Below are positions 1 through 12,870 of a stretch of 64,000 bases of DNA, one piece after another. The stretch comes from Felis catus. Lineage: Eukaryota. Where the stretch lies: assembly GCF_018350175.1 (NCBI RefSeq), contig NC_058368.1:31870001-31934000 (forward strand), read 5' to 3'. Both the position numbers and the translations under genes were made by a program. Under the pieces are notes generated by a model. It ran no database searches and had not been told where the DNA came from. It worked only from the letters and a program-made list of their open reading frames with translations. Within the stretch, counting starts at the first letter, position 1. Every line of letters begins with the position of its first letter.

Positions 1-295
1 TGTTATTCAGTCTGTTCTGCTTTCTGTGTGTTATTAAGCAAAGTACAACTTCTATGCACCTTACATGGGGAATTAGATACCTCTTTAGTAGTTTTTAACT
101 CACAAGGTAGCCCACACTCAGCCTTCAGCAATTCTGCAAAGTTATCATTTAAATATTCCTACTGGCTCCAGTGGCTTTCACTTTAGTTAAGCTAATCATG
201 GCTGCAACCTTTATTCACCTGTCTCTCCACATTTGGGGGTGGTGGTTTACCCTGTTACCTTAATTCTCTGAAGAATCTGAGGAAAGGTTTAAGAA
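1..295 (-). mobile_element. Old L1 (L1M/L1MD-like) 5' region fragment
   Basis: Motifs ctcagccttcagcaattc...cacctgtctctccacatttgggggtggtggtttaccctg resemble the antisense of ancient L1 5' ends. Confidence 0.55.
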
Positions 296-330
296 ATAAA
301 ACACAATCTATGGTGAAGAATTGACTAAGC

Positions 331-503
331 TGTGGATCTTTAACCTGGCTGTAGAATAGAGTCACCTGGGGAGCTCTTAAAAATCTAAGCACCCATATCC
401 CTGCCAGACCAATTAAACACCAGTATTTCCCAGGGTGAGACTCAAACATCTATATCTTTATAGCTTCACTGTGATTTCTGTGTATGGCCAGGATTGAGTG
501 CTA
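331..503. mobile_element. MER5-type hAT-Charlie MITE
   Basis: aacctggctg...agtcacctggggagctc...ccagaccaattaaa...gtgatttctg...gccaggattgag pattern. Confidence 0.7.
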
Positions 504-514
504 GGCCTAGACTG

Positions 515-705
515 GGGCAGAGTGTCTAGATCAAGATGCCTGTGTTTGAATCACACCTGTAGTGCTTTCCATCAATGTGAAGCTGGACAAGACTGTGAAT
601 CACTCTGTGTTGCAGTGCCCTAATCTGGAAAATGAGAATAATAATACGTGGCTTATAGCTTTGATCTTGGCACATAGCGAGTGCTATATGTGTGCTACTT
701 TTATT
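515..705 (+). mobile_element. MIR SINE
   Basis: Core gtttgaatc...ggacaag...ctctgtg...ctggaaaatgagaataataata...ggcacatag. Confidence 0.7.
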
Positions 706-769
706 TTTATAATTATTATTACAGACTTGGACATAAATTGAACATTAGTGATGCCCCCGGAATTCTGTG

Positions 770-2110
770 TGCTCTACCCTAATGACATACTGTTCTTTGC
801 CATCCCCAGAGGTGATTATTAACTTGAATATCTTGTTTACTATTGCCTTGGTTTCTTTTCTATTTTATAATTTCAGTGCTTTTCATTATTGCTGTATTAT
901 ACACCTAAATAATTGCTGTGTTTCATGTTTACAATTTTTATGAAAATAAAATCATACTATAATTAATTTTTTCTGTCATGCTTCTTTAATCTACATTATA
1001 TTTTTGATATCTACTTAGGTTATCACAATTACCTGTAGTTCATTCATTTAGAGGGCTCTACAGTGATCCATTTTTTGAATATATCACAATTAGTGTATCC
1101 ATTCTACTGTTAATGGACGTTTGTTTTATTTCCAGTTATTATTTTGTTGTTATCATGGAGAAACATAGTGCTAAAAATATTCTTAAACATAAATCACGGT
1201 GAATTTTCAGAATAATTTCTTTAGAAGATATATTTAAGAGTAGAATTTTGGGGTCATAGTTTGTGTATGTAGTTGATTTTCTTAGGCAATACTGAACTAT
1301 TTAATAAAGTGGTTTTATTTGCACTTCAGTTGATGAATGTAAATGTTGCTTCACATTCTTGTTATCTTTTGACATTGTACAATTTTAGAATTCATGTCAT
1401 GTTTATTGGTATAGATCATTTTTTTCCTTCTTTTTGGAAGTGCCTATTGAGCTCATCTGCCCATTTTTCTATTGATGTACTCCTCTATATCTATATCTTA
1501 GAAGATTTTTTAAAAGAATAAATATTAAATATCAGTTCTTGGTCATTTATACCTGTAGTAAATAACTGCCAGTTATAGATTGCTGTTTCATTTTTCTACA
1601 GGATCTATTTGTTAAAAAATAAGTTATTAAATTTTAATTTAATAAAACCTGTCAAACTTTTCCTTTTGTTTTGGGGAGGCATATTGTTAAAAAACTAAGG
1701 CTTAGGTTTCAGATTAGGCCTAAAGTTATTCCCTAAAACTAGGTTATGAAATTATTCCTCTGTAATGTTTTCTAAATGTGTGGTAGTTTTACTCTTCTCA
1801 TTTTGATCTTTAATTTAACTTAAATTATTATTTTTGTATCTGGTATGAGGTAGGGGCCTTGTTCTATTTTCCATATAACTAAAAATTCCATTATTTTTAT
1901 ACTCCAACCAATGTCCATACAAATCTGCAAACTCACTATATACGCATTTATATAGGTGTGTGTATTTCCCCTCGCCTCCCCACACCTGATGCTCTATTCT
2001 GTTACACTGAGCTATCCCTGCACCAATACAATTGCCTTAATTACTGAAGTTTTATAAGACTTGATATTTGGTAAGTAAATACCTCTCACTCCCTGCTTGT
2101 TCTTCCTTTC
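770..2110 (-). mobile_element. Old L1 (L1ME-like) 3' region
   Basis: Antisense L1 3' motifs: gtagttcattcatt, atatcacaatt...atccattctactgttaatggac, tctgcccatttttctattg, tttttgtatctggtatgaggtagggg. Confidence 0.7.
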
Positions 2111-2577
2111 CTTTAAATTGTACTTTGGTGATGTTTAGTGTCTTATTAGAGAAGCGTTCACATTCATGAAGGTTCTTACATGGTCTTTATATGGAAAGGA
2201 GAAGCAGACTTCTAGAATTTTTATGATAACCCTAAAATAGTAGAAAAATTGTTTCATACTTAGTCCTATCTTAAAATTTGCCTCCAGGCTTTTCCTCCTC
2301 AGGGTAAATTCAAATTATTTTTTTAACTTGTTCACTCTTGTCTAATGTTTAGTTTGTCAATACAGCTTACTTCTGCTTTTCACAACATCTTTGCTATTCT
2401 GGATATAGTATACATATATCTTCAAGGTTCTTCCTGTCATTTATATATAAAAAAAAGTTTAAATCAACTGAATAATACATATTTAGTTACACTTCCTCAA
2501 GCAACAGTTATGTGATTCCAAATTTTTCTATACATTAAAAGGTATATTTTAAGATTCTTCACTACAGTTGACATATT

Positions 2578-2940
2578 AAAAATTTTTGTTTCATGGGGGG
2601 CCTGGGTGGCTCCGTCGGTTGAGCGTCCGACTTCGGCTCAGGTCACGATCTCGCGGTCCGGGAGTTCGAGCCCCGCGTCGGGCTCTGGGCTGACAGCTCT
2701 GAGCCTGGAGCCTGTTTCAGATTCTGTGTCGTCCTCTCTCCGTTTTTATTTATTTTTGAGACAGAGAGAGACAGAGCATGAACTGGGAGGGTCAGAGAGA
2801 GGAAGACACAGAATCTGAAACAGGCTCCAGGCTCAGAGCTGTCAGCCCAGAGCCCGACGCGGGGCTCGAACTCCCGGACCGCGAGATCGTGACCTGAGCC
2901 GAAGTCGGACGCTCAACCGACGGAGCCACCCAGGTGCCCC
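2578..2940 (-). mobile_element. Young feline Can-SINE carrying an inverted copy of its own 5' part inside the A-tail
   Basis: Full SINE on - strand 2742-2940; TSD tacagttgacatatt at 2563-2577 and 2941-2955. Confidence 0.95.
2595..2740 (+). repeat. Tail-less inverted SINE head (left arm of a 140-bp inverted repeat)
   Basis: 2601-2740 is the reverse complement of 2795-2934 with one mismatch (2731). Confidence 0.95.
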
Positions 2941-3102
2941 TACAGTTGACATATTTTAAAGTGTGATATGTCAACATTGACTTAATTTTTCTTAAAATAA
3001 TGTGAAGAAGGCACATATTGACTGATTTAAAAAAGATTTTGTTACATTTTGTTGCATCTTGTGGTTTAATTTAAGTAAGAGGTAATCTAATTAACATGTT
3101 AT

Positions 3103-3324
3103 TAAATGTTTATTTATTTGGAGAGAAACAGTGTGTGTGTGCACATGCGCCTGAGTGCTATCAAGCAGGGGAGGGGCAGAGAGACAGGGAGAGAGAGAAC
3201 CCAAGAAGTCTTCGTGCTATCAGCACAGAGCCAAATGTGGGGCTCTATCCCATGAACTGTGAGATCATGACCTAAGGAAAATCAATGGTCAGATGCTTAA
3301 CCGACTGAGCCACCCAGGCACCCC
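3103..3324 (-). mobile_element. Can-SINE
   Basis: aatgtttatttatt tail ... ccgactgagccacccaggcacccc head. Confidence 0.93.
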
Positions 3325-4834
3325 ATTTAACATTATTAAAAATATTTAAATTATTTTTAAACAGATTATAGGAATTAAAAACAAATGAATTGTTTATAAG
3401 TTATAGACAACATAGTGAGTCTACTTTTTATATTTCTAATTTCTATATTTTTGGACTCTAACACCATAAAGACTTCAATATTTAAGTATAATATGTACAT
3501 AAATATATGTATGTGTGTATGTGAGTGTGATATCTAAATAAAAGCATGATGGTAAAGAGTTTATTCAATATGTATTTACCAAACATATAGAATGTACCAG
3601 AACCTAAGTTTGCAATTATTCGGGATACAATGGATAAAAAATATGTACCTTGTGACTTTAGGTAGCTCCTAAATTAATGGAGGAAAATTGATTCAATGTA
3701 ATGGCTATCCTTTATACATACTAAAATCAAAGTCTAAACAAAATCCTATGGGAATATAAAGAATAAAATGATAGCATGCAAACTCAGAAGAGTCTCCTCA
3801 AAATCTGTGAAATTTATATCAAAGAAATTGACATAGAGGTAGCTAAAGATCCAGGAATTTTTCACCTAGTGAAAAGAGAGTGGTTTACATATGTTGGATA
3901 TCCTAATCTAATGTGTTCCAGAATGCATTTGAAGTTTTTGACCTAGTCAGATATGAACATGGGAATTTCAGCTCTGTGACTTGGGAACTTAAGTTTAACA
4001 TTTAAACTCAGAAAATGTTGTATCTATTTCTAATTTTTCTCAATAGAACACATTTGTTATGAATAGCTTCTTACAAACACATTTCTTTATAGTTCAGTTA
4101 ACACAGGAAATTTGCTTTACAAAACACCCACGTGTATGTTATATATACATATACAAATAATACACACACATACATGCATATATAATATCCTTATATATTT
4201 TTTACACTATGCAAGATTGGAATATATTCCTTAAAAAGAATACAGAGCTCTAGAGATGATTTGAAAGTCTTCAACCTCAAAAACAAATTTCGAAAATTGG
4301 TAAAATATTTACTGATCTTGGAACTGTGGTGATAGAGGATAAAGCTAGACTTATCTTGTTTATTAGAACTGTTTAATTAACACTATATTTACAATTCATA
4401 TTAAATATAAAAAAGAATGTGGCAAATATCATAAGAACCATACAGGGTTCTCCAACAACCAGAAATAGTAGGAAATGCAATTTCAGTGTATATAACACCA
4501 TTAATATAGAAAAGCGTATAATTTAGGAAAATGCAAACTGGTTTTTCTGGTTTGGCTGGAAATTGAAAAGGAGCAAAGAGAACAAATAGTTGGAAAAGTG
4601 ATATTTTTTACCACATCACTGAGACCTTTGAACACTATTTTAAGTTCTTTGAAGCTTATTTCCAATACACTTTTTTAACATGGCATTGGGAACTATAGTG
4701 CAACTAGAAAATTGACACAAAGCAAATAAAGTATTGCAGTATTTCAGGGGAAAGGTATGAGGATACTTTGTGTATTATCAGTGGACACGAAAAGAAAGTC
4801 GATCGCAGAAAAAAATACATAAAAATGGCAAAAC

Positions 4835-5056
4835 ATTTCATGTGAAGTTACTGGATACTAAGCCTTTTACATAAATGATTTCATTTGAGTTTCATAATAA
4901 TGACAAGAGATTAATTTTATTCTCATACACATTATACAGATGAGGACAGTGAAAAGGAGACTAAATACCATCCTAAATTAAGGACAAGTAGCTAGTAAGT
5001 GGCTCAGCCTGATTTCAAACTTAGACATTTTGACTCCACAGTTAGTACCCTGAACA
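4835..5056 (-). mobile_element. MIR SINE
   Basis: tacagatgaggacagtga...agctagtaagtggctcagcctgatttcaaac...tgactcca. Confidence 0.75.
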
Positions 5057-5548
5057 GGAGAGACAGAGACAGAGACAGAGAGACAAAGATCATACATTCT
5101 CAGCTGAGTTGGTAGAAGATTTGATGACTAACATATGGTAACAAAAATCAGGAAGAAATTGACAAGGGTCCTAAGGTTTCAATCTGGGGTGGCAAATAGT
5201 GATAGTGTCAACAGAACATGGAATTATAAGAGTGAGAAAAAATTCGGCCCAAAATTGTAGGCAGAGTTTTGATTACATATATTGTTTGCTCCAGCAATTC
5301 ATCTAGGTAAAATCAGAAATACAATAAAAAAGACAAGTTGAGGTTAGACTGCAAATCTAGAAGTTTTTAACAGAGATAAATTGGTAGGCTTCAAAATACT
5401 AGATAACACAATGGTTTTGCTAGAATCCTGAAAATTTGACCAAAGCCAAAATATTCCAAGTTAAGTAAATCCTAGCTTCCTTAGATACTAAAATACCACT
5501 CACTATTATTTCATAGGTTTTAATGACTCTGGTTATCACCTTCTATTT

Positions 5549-5745
5549 AAATTTTTTTTTACATGTATTTATTTTTGAGAGACAGAGAAAGAGACAGAGC
5601 GTGAGCAGGGGAGGGGCAGAGAGAGAGGGAGACACAGAATCAGAAGCAGTCTCCAGGCTCCGAGCTGTCAGCACAGAGCCCAAAGCCCTTATCATGACCT
5701 GAGCCAAAGTTGGGCCCTTAACTGTCTGAGCCACCCAGGCGCCCC
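5549..5745 (-). mobile_element. Can-SINE with internal deletion
   Basis: TSD atcac(c/t)ttctattt at 5535-5548 and 5746-5759. Confidence 0.95.
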
Positions 5746-6224
5746 ATCACTTTCTATTTTATGTTTAGAACTCTTTGGCCGACACTACTTGGTCCATGAT
5801 ATATCTAATTAAACAACTAATAATCTGCTATGGTTTTTGCATATCTGCCCTTTAATTCTTAGATAGTGTATATCACTTGTAGCTTTTTTAGAAGCTTCAG
5901 AAGTCAACATAACTACATATTTATCTACATGCTCATATTTGTCTACTAAGGATATTTAACACCTTGGAAGTTATGCAGACACACAGTGATAATATTCCTG
6001 ATAGTGATTTTAAGTAATTTGAAGTATTTCAGAACATTTAATTTGCAGAATATGACTTTATGAAGAAATAAGGAAGTTTTCTCTAAATATTCAAAGCTGG
6101 ATACTAATAGTACAAGACAAGTATGGATTCCTGTGACTCGAGTATACAGTAAAGTCAGCAAGTTGATAAGAATTATGATGTGGATTGGAGCCACACAGGA
6201 TGAGGAAGAAAATATTTTTTTGAG

Positions 6225-6756
6225 TGTTAGAAGTTTAGCTAAGCTACTCCATGGTATTACTGCATAGGCGTCCATTTTGCAGTGACCTTAAACTGTCACT
6301 GAGGCCCTCATGCAAGTAGATGCCCTGGGTAGCAGTCCACAGGGTTACAAGCAAATATAAGTTCCTGATACGACTTCCCCAGTAGTTCCTGTGACCATCA
6401 GTCTCTCCTGCCTCACAGCTCCTGTATGCCTTATGTATGTACCTCTTACGTAGGATCCCTGTGAGGCTTACCAAAACTATGCTCTTTTGGTTTGAATTAA
6501 CCAATCTGGTCTTAGTTTGGGAACCACAAAACACCCAAAGACCTTAATAAAGGCATGTGAATCAGGACCTGTCTCTATCAGCACTCTGCCTTGACTTCCC
6601 CGTGTGGCCATTCAAGATGTGCTAGATACTTCTTCCAGGATCTGTGAATAATTTCTATTTCTGTATTTTAACTCCTCTGGGCCGTTGGTGGACATGGAGC
6701 ACTATCAGGCACCTTGGGCTCCACTTAGTAAGTATTAATTTGACAAATTCATAACA
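6225..6756 (+). mobile_element. Solo LTR (family unassigned)
   Basis: TGTTA...TAACA termini; 5-bp TSD ttgag (6220-6224) / tcgag (6757-6761); 532 bp; internal ccaat and aataaa motifs. Confidence 0.75.
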
Positions 6757-6853
6757 TCGAGCCCCAACTGTAGACCAGTAGGAGAAGAGGAGGATATACA
6801 GATTAGAACTGATGATCCCTTGCTTTGCTCATGTGAAAAATCCAGTGACATGA

Positions 6854-6972
6854 GGGGCACCTGGCCAGCCGAGTCGGTAGACTGTGCATCTCTTGATCTT
6901 GGGGGTTGTGAATTCAATCCTTATGTTGGGTGTGGAGATTACGTAAAAAAAATAAAATCTTAAAAAAAAAAA
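6854..6972 (+). mobile_element. Short old-type Can-SINE (tRNA-like head, no CT tract)
   Basis: ggggcacctgg...gtcggtagactgtgcatctcttgatc...gagattac + A tail; imperfect TSD aaaaatcc.gtg..atga. Confidence 0.85.
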
Positions 6973-7159
6973 TCCCGTGGGATGAAAGTAGAGATATTCA
7001 TCGTGGCTTGGAGGAATCTGACCACATTGTGTCTTGTGCCCATTCCCCCCAACAAACACTATGGATACTATTAACTTCTGATAATCAATGACGTTTTCAG
7101 GTGTCAAGTCTGACACATCATAACAACAGTAGAGTAACAAGGGTAGGTGTCTGAACATA

Positions 7160-7610
7160 TTGACTGAGGGGGTGAGTGATGAAGGATGAATTTAGAGTTT
7201 CTTGCAAAATGTTTGAATTTTATCCTAAAGGGAATGAGAGGTATTTGAAGTCTATATACACAAATATAGTGTGTATGAAATATATTTATCTGTGTTATTT
7301 TTTAATACAAACCATCCTCGTTGCTATAAACTGTGGGTATGGGAATGGAGACTAAGAGTGCTAAGTAAGAAATTAGTTACTCGTGTACAGTAATGCTTCG
7401 TTTTAGAAATGAAGCTGGCTTTGACTAGGGTTGAATAATGCAATTGTGAGAGGTAATCAAGGACGTGAATTATTTTAGAGATAGAAGTGAAAACACATGG
7501 TAATGCAATTGTTGTGGGCTGTAAAGAGAAATAGAAGGATGATAACTTATACCAAAGTTTTAAGTCAGAGCTTGCGTGTGGGTGGTGTTAAAATGTGTTG
7601 AGATGAACTC
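7160..7610 (-). mobile_element. L2 fragment
   Basis: tttgaattttatcctaaagggaatgagagg..., tattttagagatagaag..., aaggatgataact. Confidence 0.6.
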
Positions 7611-9334
7611 ATAAGACTTTCAGATTTCATGCTACTTAATATCTAAATCTACTAACTGGATCCTTCTGCTTACTTTCATGTCTATTCAGTTATCTCCTAG
7701 TGATAATTTTTCTTCCTATGTAGATGTCTATGGGGGAAGCAAATTAGTGGTTAGGCAAACACAAAAGTATGACCTACCTCCTGCATTATCTCTCACTCTA
7801 AATTAATTATTTGGCTCTCTGGGCCACAAACTTTGTTTTGTGTGTGTGAGATTTAATCAGTGAAAGTCATCCTTTAAGATTCTAGTGAACAGTAGTAACT
7901 GAGGTTCATATTTTGGTTAATATTATATTTTGGTCTCCTTAGACAATATAATAAATTCAGCAAAATAAAAAGATAGTCTGCAGACCTAACTACTAGAATA
8001 AAAGTCCTATACCATTCTCTTTATGTTCAGATTTTCATATCCAGGCACCTGTGTGGTACACTGCAAACAATAAAAATACACATCTCTGATCATCAAGAAA
8101 CTTCAGCTTCCTTCCATGGAAACTAATTCAAGGTGTGCTCAACTTCCCAAAGGAATATCACCATTAATCTGAATCCCCCCAATTTCCATAAATCCTAAGA
8201 AAATACTTCACTTTTTCTTCTACCAGAAAATTGTCTGGTGTCCAAGCCCAGGAGGTTTCCTTTCTCCCTCCCCTGCTCTTCTCCACTGTGTCTTGTTCCT
8301 GGAATCGTTTTGGAGTTACTCACTTTGCCAGCAAGTTCTCTTCTTAATCCCTGTAGGCACTGAAGTTCTTCCACAGATGATTGTTAATATAGCCACGTGA
8401 AAAGGTTTGCTCTTCAAGAGATTCTCATTATTTATTTTTTTGAAAACCTACTAAAGCCCCATTGCTCCAGTAAAGCAGAAAACCTTTGTCAACCATCCAT
8501 GGCAATCCCTTATCTGAAGTTTCCTGTCTTTAGTTAAAAACAATCGTGGTTGAAACCTAATCCAGCGAAACTGCTCTTTAAGTAAACTTACTGAACCTAC
8601 CTCAATTTTCTACTGAAAAGTTGGTGTAAAAAGATGAAGACATATTTTCATTTTTCAGATACATATTCCTCAAGGAAATTTATTAGAGACTGAAAATAGC
8701 ACTATAATTTATCTAATACTGCTTTTTCCCAAAGAGTGGAATGCACATTTTTTGTCTTAGTCATAATACACTGAGTCTCTATTCAGGTAAAATTTTGAGG
8801 TACTCTGGTTAGCAATACACACTCCGGGAATGGTTGCTAACATTTGAGAGACCACACAGGAGTTTGTGATCCCAAAATTAGCAGAATGCTATAAATAATT
8901 CATCATTGATGATACTACTAGGTATTACTATATAGATATTGATGAGAAATATTGTACTGGCATCCACACTGTTGTATGAATATTCTATAATAATGTGACA
9001 ACCCCAGCGGTTTAACACCCAGCAGTGATTCCTGAGGCCAAGAACCCCATTCAGTCCTGTATCCCAACACCATGATGAAGGATTCACATACATAATTAAC
9101 TAGAGATATAGCTAAATTATGTAATAAAAATAATGACTTTTGTTCTTTGCTGAAAAAGGTTTATTTATATGGCAAAATTTACTCTTAGATTTGTATTCAT
9201 TATATCAAACAACTAGGTCTTATGATTATAGTGGGGACATAAACTGGGGGCTACAAAGATCATATAGGGACATGATAAGGAAAAGAAGCAAAATAACATT
9301 TAATATGAACAAAGGCTCTGACTTTATATTAGAT

Positions 9335-9473
9335 CAGTGTTTCTCACCTGTTATGGTACACATCTATCACCTGAGGATCATATTAAAATGCAGATTCTCA
9401 TTCAGTAGGTCTGGGAACTGACTTTAATAAGCTCTTAGCTGGAGGACTGATGTTTCCCCTTCTACAATAGCAA
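9335..9473. mobile_element. MER5-type MITE
   Basis: cagtgtttctca...atcacctgagga...aaaatgcagattctcattcagtaggtctggg. Confidence 0.75.
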
Positions 9474-10423
9474 GAAGGAGGTCCTATGTCAGTGTAGTCG
9501 TGTTGATACATAATTAATAAAAAAAATCTCTATATTAGGAATGCTTACTTAAAACTGTAATGTTAAGGGTTTTTGATACAACATATGGAAATGATTAAGA
9601 AAGAGAAACATGTCTTCTTTAGTACATTAAGTCTAACGGAGTGGGGAATTTAGTAACGTCCTGTGTAATTCTGTGGTAGATGTGTGTTTGAACTTTCTAA
9701 TGATAATTTTGAATTGATTAGTAAGCTCTGTCTTGATTAAGTACTGGTGTCTCCAAAGACAAAACTAAATTTCTTGTTTCCAAGTTGACAACAGTTCCTA
9801 TATGCAAAGTCATCAGTTATTTTGTAGTTCAAACTGAGATTTTTGAGACTTTATTAGTTTCGACAATAGCAGGTTAATTTGCTTTTAAATAAATGTGGAG
9901 GAGAGGTTAATAAAAGGGGAATTTTCTGCTTATTTGCTTGTCCTGGCATGGTAGAATTCTGTAATAATATAGGAGAAAATTACTAAATTTTAAAAACTTG
10001 AGGTTCAGTATATTGTTTCTTAATACAAACAGATTACTTCCCTCTGTGCTTTCATTTTTTTCATGTATGGGGGATTTAATTCAATTCAGTATAGCATGCA
10101 TTGCACATTTCCCTGTACCGGGCACCAGGCTATGAACTGTTGATAACTTTAACACTTCAGTAAGCCTTCAAGTAGTGCTAGGGATGGGATGACAGAGCAT
10201 TTTACCAAATAAACAACATATATAACAATAGCTATTAGATGCATTTAGAGGTTCACAGATATTTTGATTTAAAAAACCCAGTAGTTATTAAGTACATACT
10301 CTAATGTATAAATTGGGAGTGGTTTTCTGTGGATGGAGTTAGAAAGCAGAAAGTAATTTTTCAAGACTTCAAAACCATGACCTTTGTATTGGACCTTTGA
10401 GTTTGAAGGATAGGTAGAATTTT

Positions 10424-10633
10424 GGGGCACCTGGGTGGCTCAGTTAGTTAAGCGTCTGACTCTCGATTTTGTCTCAGGTCATGATCTCATAGTCCATGAG
10501 TTCAAGCCTCACATTGGACTCTACGCTGACAGTACAGAGCCTGCTTGGAATTCTCTCTCTCTCTTCCCCTCCATCCTCGTGCTCTCTTTCTCTCTTGAAA
10601 TAAATAAACTTAAAAAAAAAAACTTAAAGAAAA
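10424..10633 (+). mobile_element. Can-SINE
   Basis: ggggcacctgggtggctcag head; 23-bp TSD agtttgaaggataggtagaattt. Confidence 0.95.
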
Positions 10634-11841
10634 AGTTTGAAGGATAGGTAGAATTTACCCCATAGATGAGGGATTTTACAACTCTGGGGAAAAAGAAAGA
10701 CCTGAGGAACATGAAGAGGTGGGGACTGAAGAAAGGTTCAGGAAAGATCAAGAAGCCAAAAAGGGCTAACGTTTTCAGGCAATGGTTAGGCTTGTTAAAA
10801 AGGTGTTTGAAAGGTTAAAAGATATAGCTTTTAGAGAATATTCAGATACTATTATGAAGGATACTAAATACAAAGTAAGTAAGGAAATACCTTCATTATT
10901 TTCTTTGACAGAATGATATCTCTTCGAATTCATTAGATGATTCTTATTAATGTATTTGTTTTCTCATATTGTTTAATAAGCAACTGAGATATATAAAATA
11001 AATAACATTTTGATTTTTATGTATCTGTAATAAAGGCAGTCCCTTGACTACTGAGAAGTGCTTATTAACTGTTTCTAATAAAGTTATTTGTCTAAATTTA
11101 ATTTTTATAGATATTTGGTTGGAAATCCTAAGTAGTAAATGCCATTGCAATTATGGTAATTTTTTAGGTAACCTTATATATATTTAATTTGTTATTTAAC
11201 AAATATATTTTGTTATATTTTATATATATATATAAATATTTTATAGATTTAATTAAGATATTTTACTCTTGCCCAGATTTGTTTCAGAAAGTCACCTTTC
11301 ATTAACTCATTATAAAATGAGTTAAAAGTGGGGAGAAGGAGAAAATGAAAATAACACTAGGAAAACGTGAAGAAATGAATAAGCCTAAAATTATTAAAAA
11401 TAAGGATTTTATTTATACAGGTTTTGGGTTTGCAGATTTATCCTTTGAAGAACAAATCAAAAAGAGAAAACTTATCAGTCAAATAATTAAAAATGACATA
11501 AGATTAAAAGCAACAACAACAAAAGTTTATCAGGAGAAATAGATTACTTGGGGGAACAGGATATGATTGGAGTTTTCCTCAAGGTTTTCTGTAAAGAGAA
11601 AAATGTATATTCCACCACATTGATGCACAACATAAGCAACTTGAATTTTATAAAAGGAATTCTGTTGTTGGTCAACAAATTATGACCTAAATATCCAGTG
11701 TCTCCTGAATTTGTACAGTGTAAGAGCATGCACTATAAAGTAAAATAAAGAGAATGAAATCTATATCTTTCATGCAATCTTCCCTGAAATGTACTATTCT
11801 CAACTGAGATTTTAATGACTTATCAGAAACTTGAGGCATTT

Positions 11842-12055
11842 AAATTTTTTTAACGTTTATTTATTATTGAGAGACAGAGAGACACAGAGCGAGAGCAGGG
11901 GAGGGACCGAGAGACAGGGAGACACAGAATCCAAAGCAGGCTCCAGGCTCTGAGCTGTCCATACAGAGCCCAACGTGGGGCTCAAACTCAAAACCGCGAG
12001 ATCATGACCTGAGCCAAAGTCTGTCGCTCAACCAATTGAGCCACCCAGGCTCCCT
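11842..12055 (-). mobile_element. Can-SINE
   Basis: TSD cttgaggcattt at 11830-11841 and 12060-12071. Confidence 0.95.
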
Positions 12056-12107
12056 GGAGCTTGAGGCATTTTAAAATTTTTGGAGCTTAGCTATATTTTT
12101 GCCAGTT

Positions 12108-12162
<55 letters not shown>

Positions 12163-12235
12163 AAGAAGAAAAAGGAGGAGGAGGAGGAGGAGGAGGAAGA
12201 GACGGAGGAGGCGGGGAGAGGGAGAAGGAGGAGAA
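12108..12235. repeat. Compound (GA)n-(GAA)n-(GGA)n purine microsatellite
   Basis: Direct reading. Confidence 0.95.
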
Positions 12236-12439
12236 GGTACAAAGGAAAGAAATATGAAAGGAAGTTCTCTCCTTTAACAAATCATTAAGGAATCCATAGT
12301 TTCTTATACATTTGCACCATGGGTTAAACATTCTTAAGAAATCCTTGCATAAGCACTTTATATTACCTTGTTACGACTTTATTAAGATGTATAAAAGCAA
12401 AAGTATTCTAGCTCAAACCTATCTATTTAACTTAATCTT

Positions 12440-12870
12440 TTACTTCTCTTCTCGTCCACTGTGTTCAACCTACAATGCCTTCCTTGTTATTCTTAGATCA
12501 TGACACAAAAGCAGCTTCCTGCTTCATGACCATTGTATTGGTTTTCCATCTACTTGGAACCCTCCTCCCTCAGTTCTTTTAAGTTTCTACATGAATGGTG
12601 AAACATTAGAGAGGTTTTCTCTGACTACTCTGCCCTTTATTCTCTTGAAATAATTTATACTTTTCACATATTAAAATTTTCCATTCTCCATATTGATATA
12701 TGACAATATTATTAATATGCTTGTTTATTTCTTTTCTTCTCATTAGAAGTTCCTTGAAGGCAGGGGTTTTATGTATTTTTATTCATCATTGTATATTAGT
12801 ACCTAGAAGAATGCCTGCCTGCCATATTTAGGCACTGAATAAATCTTCATTGAAGGATTAAATAAGTGGA
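12440..12870 (+). mobile_element. L2 3' end
   Basis: agttccttgaaggcagggg...acctagaagaatgcctg...aataaatcttcattgaa. Confidence 0.7.

Noticed and set aside
2606..3016. Identical peptides on both strands
   Set aside because: Consequence of the inverted SINE, not genes
6854..6945. tRNA-like sequence
   Set aside because: tRNA-derived SINE head with A-tail and TSD, not a tRNA gene
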